From a virus, in UHGV virus genome UHGV-2017536: a stretch of 17,594 nucleotides of DNA; one strand, given 5' to 3'. Made by a program: the position numbers and the translations under genes. Below are positions 5,818 through 12,141 of this stretch, piece after piece. How positions within the stretch are numbered: the first letter of the stretch is position 1; each line of letters opens with the position of its first letter. The notes beneath the pieces are model-generated. The model searched no databases, was not told where the DNA came from, and was given only the letters and a program-made list of their open reading frames with translations.

Positions 5818-7160
5818 TTTGCTTTGATTAAAACACTCTCCATGATGTTAGCCGCTTCCTCATTTTTGCTGCGGAAAAAGTAAGCATAGATATTTAATGT
5901 GGTGGTCGCATTGGAATGTCCCAGAACCCCGGCAACGGAGCGAGGGTCCATATTGTTAGCAATCAATATGGAGGCTGCGGTATGACGTAAATCGTGTGGG
6001 GTTATATCCGGGGGAATCATGTGGCTGCAATCCTCTGCCACATATTTGTTATACAGTTCTATGATTCGTTTGAACTGATGGTATGGGCTTGAAGGATGCA
6101 TCTGAATCCCATTTTCCTGCGTGAAAATGAAATTCTTATCAAATTCTTTCCCGTGGTATCCCTGCCAATATGTGCCGCGCTCCATGCTTTGGCGCATTTG
6201 TTCCGCTTTCCATAATTTCAATATGCCCGTGACGACAGGCGGTATAACAGGAGTGCGTGATTTGTTTGTTTTGGTCTTTTTCTGTATTATCTTTCCATCC
6301 ACATAAGCTGTAGAGTTTTCAATATTCACGGTTCCGGTATCTAAGTCTATATCATCCCATGTAAAAGCTATATTCTCACCACGTCTATCGCCAATGAACA
6401 GGGCCAGATAAAAGTAAGCCCGCCATTTTAAAGAGAGCTTCCAGGACGTTTGATATTCTTTGATTGAATATACTTCCCCTGATTTGTTTTTACGCTTACG
6501 GCCTCCGTATTTTATCGTTATAGGGTTGTCTAAGGCCCACAGGAACGCTTGTGTTTGTTCTATGGTAAGATATTTCACCTTGTACTCTTTCTTTGGCCTG
6601 TGTCCCTTGCTTTGCTTTCCAGCATAGATTAAAGGGTTTATGGTGAGTAATCCCTCACCAACGGCATAAGACAATAAGCTGCTGACAATGGCGCAATCCC
6701 TTGTTATGGTGCTTTCAGATAGCCCGCCGGGCTTTCCGTCAATCCTGGCTCCGTCCTGCCTTAAGGCTTTGCTGTAATCCTTAAGGTTCTTTGGGATGAT
6801 GCTGCATATCTTTAAATGACCCAGGCGTGGGACAATGCGCAATTTCAAACAGTTTTTATAGCTGGCCCAGGTAGTGATGGACATAATATCTTCATCCGGT
6901 TTTCCAGTAGGTTCATTGTCTTTTAAAAATAACTCAGATAGTTCCTCCAAAGTCATGCGCCGGCCTTTAACGTTTTGGCCTGATTTTACATCACGTTCAA
7001 AATCCATTACAAATTGCTCCAGGGCCTTTTTCTCCTGTTTTGGGGTCATTCCTGGCTCTGGTGTGAATGTGTCCGTTTCAAGTATTTGGGTCCCATCGGC
7101 TCTGCGCCCATTGCTAACCGTGACTTGATAAGAGTTACCGCGCTTTCTTACACTTGCCAT
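5814..7160 (-). CDS. int: Tyrosine recombinase or phage integrase (448 aa) with an N-terminal arm-binding domain.
   Basis: The N-terminus MASVRKRGNSYQVTV is the Tn916/phage Int arm-DNA-binding fold. The C-terminus HDLRHTAASILIANNMDPRSVAGVLGHSNATTTLNIYAY carries the HxxR...Y catalytic residues. RBS GAAAGGAAGGA. Confidence 0.9.
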   Translation of the reverse strand: MASVRKRGNSYQVTVSNGRRADGTQILETDTFTPEPGMTPKQEKKALEQFVMDFERDVKSGQNVKGRRMTLEELSELFLKDNEPTGKPDEDIMSITTWASYKNCLKLRIVPRLGHLKICSIIPKNLKDYSKALRQDGARIDGKPGGLSESTITRDCAIVSSLLSYAVGEGLLTINPLIYAGKQSKGHRPKKEYKVKYLTIEQTQAFLWALDNPITIKYGGRKRKNKSGEVYSIKEYQTSWKLSLKWRAYFYLALFIGDRRGENIAFTWDDIDLDTGTVNIENSTAYVDGKIIQKKTKTNKSRTPVIPPVVTGILKLWKAEQMRQSMERGTYWQGYHGKEFDKNFIFTQENGIQMHPSSPYHQFKRIIELYNKYVAEDCSHMIPPDITPHDLRHTAASILIANNMDPRSVAGVLGHSNATTTLNIYAYFFRSKNEEAANIMESVLIKAN

Positions 7161-7174
7161 AATATCCTTCCTTT

Positions 7175-7204
7175 CATCTGCTGGGCGGCATGGATGAATG
7201 GAAA
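7175..7204. repeat. Direct repeat copy 1, TCAT(CTG)CTGGGCGGCATGGATGAATGGAAA, in the int 5' UTR.
   Basis: 24-nt identity with 8131-8159. Read from the sequence. Confidence 0.7.
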
Positions 7205-7229
7205 ATTGATAGTTGGCAATAGTGGTTAA

Positions 7230-7805
7230 TTAGTCTTTTTTCCTGTATTCCGGTATTTTCGTAAGTAATTCTAGCTGTTTAATGGTTCTGGTTATTTCTT
7301 CGTCAGCTTTCTTTTGACCTTCTTCGTTTAACATTGCATAATATTGTGCGAAAGAATCTCCTATGCTTCTTAAGGCTCTTTCCAGATAAGCTGATTTGAA
7401 TATGGATTCCTGCGGCGTCAGTTCTTCTCCACGGTCAGTTTTCTGCATAATTCCATTAAACTTCAAATCATCAAGATTTTTTTCATTATGGATATCATCA
7501 TTAGTGTGTAAAGGCGTTGTAAATCTAGGAACAGTTGTCATTTCTGTATCTCCTAGAAATCTAGCTCTATTTTCCCATGATTCAGAAGTTATATCTGGTA
7601 GTGGAAAACTATCGTCTAATAGTATATAAAGAGCAATATCAAACACCTTTGCTATTTTCTTCATTGTATCTAAATTAGGTTCTCGTTTTCCATTTTCCCA
7701 GTTATAAACAGCGTTTTGCGAAACATTTAAAGAGTCAGCGAGTTGTTTTTGAGTTAGACCTTTATCCGTACGTAACTTCTTTAATCTATTTGGAATATCT
7801 GACAT
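7230..7805 (-). CDS. cI-like prophage repressor, XRE HTH N-terminal domain (191 aa).
   Basis: The N-terminus LKKLRTDKGLTQKQLADSLNVSQNAVYNWENGKREPNLDTMKKIAKVF is a canonical HTH_XRE. It is transcribed divergently from the cro-like gene. RBS AAAGGAGGTG. Confidence 0.85.
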   Translation of the reverse strand: MSDIPNRLKKLRTDKGLTQKQLADSLNVSQNAVYNWENGKREPNLDTMKKIAKVFDIALYILLDDSFPLPDITSESWENRARFLGDTEMTTVPRFTTPLHTNDDIHNEKNLDDLKFNGIMQKTDRGEELTPQESIFKSAYLERALRSIGDSFAQYYAMLNEEGQKKADEEITRTIKQLELLTKIPEYRKKD

Positions 7806-7934
7806 ACTCGCACCTCCTTTTTAAACATAATAGCAAATTGGTGTAATATTTGCAATGCTATATTGACATTATAGCGTATTGGTGATACAATGTCAATATA
7901 AACACCAATATGGTGTAACCAAGGAGGCGAGATA
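7806..7934. promoter_or_regulatory. Lysis-lysogeny switch. PR is TTGACA (7863-7868), a 17-nt spacer, TACAAT (7886-7891), reading rightward. The divergent PRM is TTGCAA (7850-7855) and TATTAT (minus strand, 7827-7832). There are three operators with a TGGTG core: 7833-7855, 7861-7900 and 7901-7918.
   Basis: The operators are CAAATTGGTGTAATATTTG, TATTGACATT-atagcgtattggtgatac-AATGTCAATA and ACACCAATATGGTGT. Each is palindromic and overlaps the promoter elements. Confidence 0.7.
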
Positions 7935-8129
7935 GTGAAGCTTAGTAGAGACAAAATAAATGTTGCTATGGCGAGAAAAGCCCTTACTGTTACGAATCTG
8001 GCGGAAAAGTATGGAGTGAGCCGGGCGCGTATGAATGTCATTTTAAATAGTCGTGAAGTCACAGCAATATGTGCTGGACGTATGGCTAACAGTCTTGAAG
8101 TTGATGTGACTGAAATTTTAGAGGATTAA
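7935..8129 (+). CDS. Cro-like small HTH regulator (64 aa, GTG start).
   Basis: ARKALTVTNLAEKYGVSRARMNVILNS is an HTH. RBS AAGGAGG 6 nt upstream. It lies downstream of PR. Confidence 0.75.
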   Translation: MKLSRDKINVAMARKALTVTNLAEKYGVSRARMNVILNSREVTAICAGRMANSLEVDVTEILED

Positions 8130-8130
8130 A

Positions 8131-8159
8131 TCATGCTGGGCGGCATGGATGAATGGAAA
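8131..8159. repeat. Direct repeat copy 2, TCATGCTGGGCGGCATGGATGAATGGAAA, between the cro gene and the xis-like gene.
   Basis: Matches 7175-7204. Confidence 0.7.
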
Positions 8160-8176
8160 GGAGCAAGCTTAGATTT

Positions 8177-8527
8177 ATGACAAAAATAGAAATGGTTTCC
8201 AGATATGCGGACTTGGCGCGGCAGCGTTCAGAACTTTTCTTGCAATCTGGTTCCGGTTGGAATGCGGATATAGAACGGCGGGAAAAGGCTATTCTTGGCG
8301 AGATGGCGGCATTAGAAGCGGCTATTAAACTTCCAGTACAGGAGGAACAGGCCATTCCAGAAATGCTTACCATCCGTAAGGCAGCAGAGAGAACCGGGTT
8401 ATCTTATGATTGCATAAGAAAATTATGCCTCCAGAAGAAAATAACGTTTGTTATGGTTGGAACGAAATATTTAGTCAATTTTGGCAAACTGGTGGATTTT
8501 CTGAATGGACAGGGGGCTAATGCATGA
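8177..8527 (+). CDS. Excisionase-family (Tn916 Xis-type HTH_17) DNA-binding protein.
   Basis: The C-terminal LTIRKAAERTGLSYDCIRKLCLQKKITFVMVGTKYLVNFGKLVDFLNG resembles Tn916 Xis ([20 protein letters not shown]...[21 protein letters not shown]). RBS GGAAAGGAG precedes the ATG at 8177. The track's earlier ATG at 8153 lies inside that RBS. Confidence 0.6.
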   Translation: MTKIEMVSRYADLARQRSELFLQSGSGWNADIERREKAILGEMAALEAAIKLPVQEEQAIPEMLTIRKAAERTGLSYDCIRKLCLQKKITFVMVGTKYLVNFGKLVDFLNGQGANA

Positions 8528-8553
8528 GGGCTAAAGAATGGCGGTGATTAAAC

Positions 8554-9300
8554 TTGAATGGCTGGGTGAGCTTACATAGAAAAATGTTAGATAATCCTGT
8601 AGTATGTAAGGATTCGGATTATATGGCTATTTGGATTTATCTTCTGCTTAATGCAACCCATGCGGAAATTCCTGCTATGTTTAAAGGGCAAAAAATAATG
8701 CTTAATCCTGGTCAACTGATAACAGGCAGAAAGGCCATTTCTGACAAATTGCGTGTCACGGAATCGAAAGTGCAGCGTGTCTTAAAGTGTTATGAAAGTG
8801 AACAGCAGATTGAACAACAGACAGGCAATAGAAATCGCCTAATTACAATAAAAAACTGGGATATGTACCAAATGTGTGAACATCAGAATGAAACGCAATT
8901 GACCGACCATCGAACAGCCAGTGAACGACCAGTGCACACAAACAATAATGTAAATAATAAAATAAATATATTATGTTCGCCTGGAGCCGAACCAGATAAG
9001 ACGGGAGATAATAATTCCGACCTTGAACAGATGAAAACAGACTTTGAAAAGATTTATGCCATATATCCCAAAAAGAGGGGAAAAGCAAAAGCATTTGAAT
9101 ACTATTGTGCTTATGTGAAAAAAGGGCGTTGTATCAACAAAGTTCGTTATCGGCTGACTAACAAGCAAATTTATTTGGCGGTTCGAGCCTATACCCGTGA
9201 ATGGGAGGCAGAGGGAACAGAGATATGCTTTTGTAAAAATTTCGATACATTTATGTCAAAGGCTATTATTGATTATCTGCCGGGGGAGGATGATTTATGA
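8554..9300 (+). CDS. Phage replisome organiser or replication initiation protein (DnaD-like N-terminal domain).
   Basis: The conserved N-terminus WVSLHRKMLDNPV...DYMAIWIYLLLNA is typical of the phage replisome organiser family. A linker with AT-rich sequence and short repeats lies at 8880-9000. The gene overlaps the helicase gene by 4 nt. Confidence 0.7.
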   Translation: MNGWVSLHRKMLDNPVVCKDSDYMAIWIYLLLNATHAEIPAMFKGQKIMLNPGQLITGRKAISDKLRVTESKVQRVLKCYESEQQIEQQTGNRNRLITIKNWDMYQMCEHQNETQLTDHRTASERPVHTNNNVNNKINILCSPGAEPDKTGDNNSDLEQMKTDFEKIYAIYPKKRGKAKAFEYYCAYVKKGRCINKVRYRLTNKQIYLAVRAYTREWEAEGTEICFCKNFDTFMSKAIIDYLPGEDDL

Positions 9301-10568
9301 TTGTTAATGCGGAGCAAGCGCTTATTGGCGCTTTGATGATGGAACCACGGGCAATCAAGGATTGTAGGAGCATTCGCCCTGATATGTTTGTTGATGCGCT
9401 GTTAGGACGGATATATCTGGAATTTTTGAGAGCTCATGATTTTGGATATCAGGCCAATCTTGTTACCCTTGCAGCAAACATTACTGATGTTTCCCAATCT
9501 GAATTGCTGAGTAAATTAAAAGCGTGCAGTGATTCAAGCGTAACAAGTATGGCAACTGGGGAATATGCGGAAGTGATTAAAAACACATATAAGGCCCGTA
9601 CAGCCACGCAAATTATCAACGCGGTACAATTCCACCCCTCTGCCGTAGAAAAGCAAATAGGGGAGACTGTGAACGCTCTGGAGGCATTGCAAGAGGATGA
9701 TAGACCAAAGGCAAAAAGCTTAAGTGAGATTGTTGACGAAATGGCCCCAGGATGTTTTGTGGACAGGGAACGGGATTTTCTTTACACGGGATTCCCGCGA
9801 TTGGATGATTGTCTTGGTGGTCTGGAGGGTGGGGATATCATTGTCATTGGAGCGCGCCCGGCAGTTGGAAAATCTGCTTTTGTTACGCAAATACTAACAA
9901 ATATGGGAATTCAGGGCAAGCGGGTGCTGCTGTATAATCTGGAAATGACAAATAAGCAGATGTATGAACGACTGGTGTCGCGGCAATCTGGTATTATGAT
10001 GAACCGTATCCGGCAGGGAAAGGCTTTCCTGGGGGATGAAAAAGAACGGTTCCAAAAGGCCAATACGGAACTGAAAAGGCTGGATGTGTGGATATCAAGC
10101 GGGGTTAAATCCGTGGGTGAGATACGCAGAGAATGCCAGCACATGGGTGCTGATTGCATCATCATTGATTATTTGCAGCTTATAAAGGCCGAACGTCATT
10201 ACGCTAACCGGGCGTCAGAAGTGGGCGATATTTCAAAGGCAATTAAATCATTAGCAATGGAGTTGAACCGGCCTATCATAGTCTTATCGCAATTAAACAG
10301 GGCATCAGAAGGACGGCAGACAAAAGAACCCACTATGTCGGAACTGAGGGAATCAGGTGATATTGAGCAGGATGCATCAGTTGTTATGCTGCTTTGGAAT
10401 CTTTCAGAAGAAAATGAAAGATACAAAGGGGTGAAGGTAGAGAAAAACCGACAAGGGAAAACAGCAAAATTTCAAATGGAGTTTGTTGGTGAGGAAATGA
10501 GTTTCAAAGAAGTAGAGGGTAAAGATTTTGATTTCAAGCCAGCAAAGGAGAAAACACCATTTGATTAA
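9297..10568 (+). CDS. dnaB: Replicative DNA helicase, DnaB family (423 aa).
   Basis: DnaB N-terminal domain (ALIGALMMEP). Walker A GARPAVGKSAFV. Also DYLQLI, SQLNR and the arginine finger region. Confidence 0.85.
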   Translation: MIVNAEQALIGALMMEPRAIKDCRSIRPDMFVDALLGRIYLEFLRAHDFGYQANLVTLAANITDVSQSELLSKLKACSDSSVTSMATGEYAEVIKNTYKARTATQIINAVQFHPSAVEKQIGETVNALEALQEDDRPKAKSLSEIVDEMAPGCFVDRERDFLYTGFPRLDDCLGGLEGGDIIVIGARPAVGKSAFVTQILTNMGIQGKRVLLYNLEMTNKQMYERLVSRQSGIMMNRIRQGKAFLGDEKERFQKANTELKRLDVWISSGVKSVGEIRRECQHMGADCIIIDYLQLIKAERHYANRASEVGDISKAIKSLAMELNRPIIVLSQLNRASEGRQTKEPTMSELRESGDIEQDASVVMLLWNLSEENERYKGVKVEKNRQGKTAKFQMEFVGEEMSFKEVEGKDFDFKPAKEKTPFD

Positions 10569-10580
10569 CAGGGGGCCGAT

Positions 10581-10799
10581 GTGGTAAAAAATTCAGAGGT
10601 ACAACAGGAATTTGAAATGTTCGCAGACGTTTGGAAGCTATTTAAACAGCGGCTTCCAGTAGGCAAACCGGATGATGATGAATACTGGGAGGAAACCGTA
10701 AATGCAGTTAAGTGTTTCATGATAAAATATCCAGATTCATTCAGCAAGGATATAGCAATGGCGGTGTTGACAGAAATCGAAAGGAGGGGTAAGCGGTGA
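10581..10799 (+). CDS. Hypothetical 72-aa phage protein.
   Basis: GTG start with AGGGGG 5 nt upstream. Its stop overlaps the next start (GTGA). Confidence 0.5.
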   Translation: MVKNSEVQQEFEMFADVWKLFKQRLPVGKPDDDEYWEETVNAVKCFMIKYPDSFSKDIAMAVLTEIERRGKR

Positions 10800-11023
10800 A
10801 GATAAGAACCCAGGACGCAAGATAATACATTGAATATGGCGAAATATATGCAGAATACAGCCACGATGGTAAAGGGGCAATGGTATATGCCAGAAGCAGG
10901 TTTCATAACGGAGCATTGTTTGCGGGAGCCTATGAGGATATGACGAGGGCTAAAGGTGTTCTTTATGAGGTGGATTTAGCATATCAAGCCGGGCAGAGGG
11001 TCTTTTATATGCCGGCAGAATGA
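10796..11023 (+). pseudogene. Candidate small gene interrupted by an in-frame TAA at 10823-10825. It reads VKIRTQDAR*YIEYGEIYAEYSHDGKGAMVYARSRFHNGALFAGAYEDMTRAKGVLYEVDLAYQAGQRVFYMPAE.
   Basis: The GTG start is coupled to the upstream stop. One clean frame runs 225 nt and is broken only by that TAA. A shorter intact ORF is possible from the ATG at 10880. Confidence 0.3.
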
Positions 11024-11067
11024 AAATTACATAGCAGTATGATTGTATAGAGCCAGACGCTGAGACG

Positions 11068-11100
11068 CAGAGCCGTTTAAGGAAGGGCTTTATTTTTTTT
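11068..11100 (+). terminator. Putative rho-independent terminator, CAGAGCC-gtttaaggaa-GGGCTTT followed by T8.
   Basis: Modest 6-7 bp stem with one G-U pair, plus a run of 8 T. Confidence 0.45.
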
Positions 11101-11208
11101 ACTATAACACAAAGAAAGTGGGTGATAATGTGATTGTTATTGGAATAATGATTTTTGTGGTTATTTGTGAACTGGCGGAGATTTATGAAAAGATGGAGGG
11201 TAAAAACA

Positions 11209-11415
11209 ATGAATAAAATAGAAATGGTTGAAACGTGTTTGAGCGGATGCATGAAGATTCTGGGAGAAACGCAAAATGATTTGCCGGGTGTTGCGGCAGG
11301 ATGCATGGAAAAGGGAATGGAGTCAATATCCGGGTTTATGCAGAATACGGTGACAGAGGATAAAGCAAGATTAAAGAAAATGATAAACGGAGGTTATAGG
11401 AATGGCAAATATTAA
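11209..11415 (+). CDS. Hypothetical 68-aa protein with an internal GCM repeat (SGCMKILGE / AGCMEKGME).
   Basis: RBS GGAGGG 9 nt upstream of the ATG at 11209. The track's longer 11155 start has no RBS. It overlaps the next gene by 14 nt. Confidence 0.45.
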   Translation: MNKIEMVETCLSGCMKILGETQNDLPGVAAGCMEKGMESISGFMQNTVTEDKARLKKMINGGYRNGKY

Positions 11416-11899
11416 TTTTGATGATGGATTTGAAACATTTACAATCAATGGGGATTCCAACCGGGTTATAAAGATAAATCCAAAGGATGGAAACATCCTA
11501 ATCCGATTTGATGAAGCTATGCGGGACTTAAAAAACGAATCGGAACGACTTTCAAGTATCAAAGTTAAGGCAGATGGAAGTCCTGTAGAACAGGCAGGAA
11601 TATCCCTGGAGGAAAGTACTTCCAGACTTGGGGAGTTTAACCAGCTCATTAACGACAAGATGGATTTTATATTTAATGCCGATGTAAGACAGGCTGCTTT
11701 TGGGAGACAGTCCCCGCTTTCCATTGTTGGCCCGGATAACCGATTTCTATTTGAGATATTTTTAGAGGCGGCATTAGAAGCAGTCCGCGAGAAGCTGGAG
11801 GCTGCAACAAAAGAAATGGAATCCCATGCAGGAAAGTATACAGGCCAGTACAAACAGGCAGCAGACAACGGGAGCAAGTACCCATTCCCTGTAAAGTAG
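11402..11899 (+). CDS. Putative siphovirus tail assembly chaperone (165 aa).
   Basis: It lies immediately upstream of the tape measure gene. FETFTINGDSNRVIKINPKDGNILIRFDEAMRDL resembles the N-terminus of gpG-like chaperones (FELNGKTYELKF..ALREL). RBS AACGGAGG. Confidence 0.5.
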   Translation: MANINFDDGFETFTINGDSNRVIKINPKDGNILIRFDEAMRDLKNESERLSSIKVKADGSPVEQAGISLEESTSRLGEFNQLINDKMDFIFNADVRQAAFGRQSPLSIVGPDNRFLFEIFLEAALEAVREKLEAATKEMESHAGKYTGQYKQAADNGSKYPFPVK

Positions 11900-11906
11900 G
11901 TGTTAT

Positions 11907-12044
11907 ATGAGTTCTGATGAAAAAATGATTGAAGCAATAAAGAAGATTTTGTCCAGGGGAAATACGGCAGAAATAAAAAAGCGAAAAAATGATGTGATTA
12001 TCCTGGAGGTGGAGAAGAAAATTACATATCAAACTAATAGATAG
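11907..12044 (+). CDS. Possible 45-aa ORF (MSSDEKMIEAIKKILSRGNTAEIKKRKNDVIILEVEKKITYQTNR).
   Basis: AGGTG 6 nt upstream. It is in the +1 frame relative to the chaperone and closed by a TAA just upstream, so it is not a G-T type -1 extension. Confidence 0.3.
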   Translation: MSSDEKMIEAIKKILSRGNTAEIKKRKNDVIILEVEKKITYQTNR

Positions 12045-12071
12045 AGTGGTATCTATTAAAGGCTAAATGGA

Positions 12072-12112
12072 GCCGGGAATTTTGCGATATATGCAAGATT
12101 TCCGGCTTTTTC
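12072..12112 (+). terminator. Rho-independent terminator GCCGGGAA-(20 nt)-TTCCGGC followed by TTTTT. It lies 30 nt upstream of the tape measure start codon.
   Basis: 7-8 bp GC-rich stem plus a T-run. Read from the sequence. Confidence 0.55.
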
Positions 12113-12141
12113 TGTCTCTTAGGAAGTGAGGAACTGGGATA

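Noticed and set aside
10565-10906. 113-aa minus-strand ORF
   Set aside because: It lies antisense to coupled + strand genes, is Cys/Ser-rich and low-complexity, and has no RBS.
11371-12032. Minus-strand ORFs (188 aa and 119 aa)
   Set aside because: They lie antisense to the chaperone and the small + strand genes, have no RBS and have Ser/Leu-rich composition. They look spurious.
11402-12044. Programmed -1 frameshift (G/G-T) extension of the tail assembly chaperone
   Set aside because: The downstream small ORF is in the +1 frame. That frame is closed by a TAA (11892-11894) before the chaperone stop, so no overlapping open frame exists.
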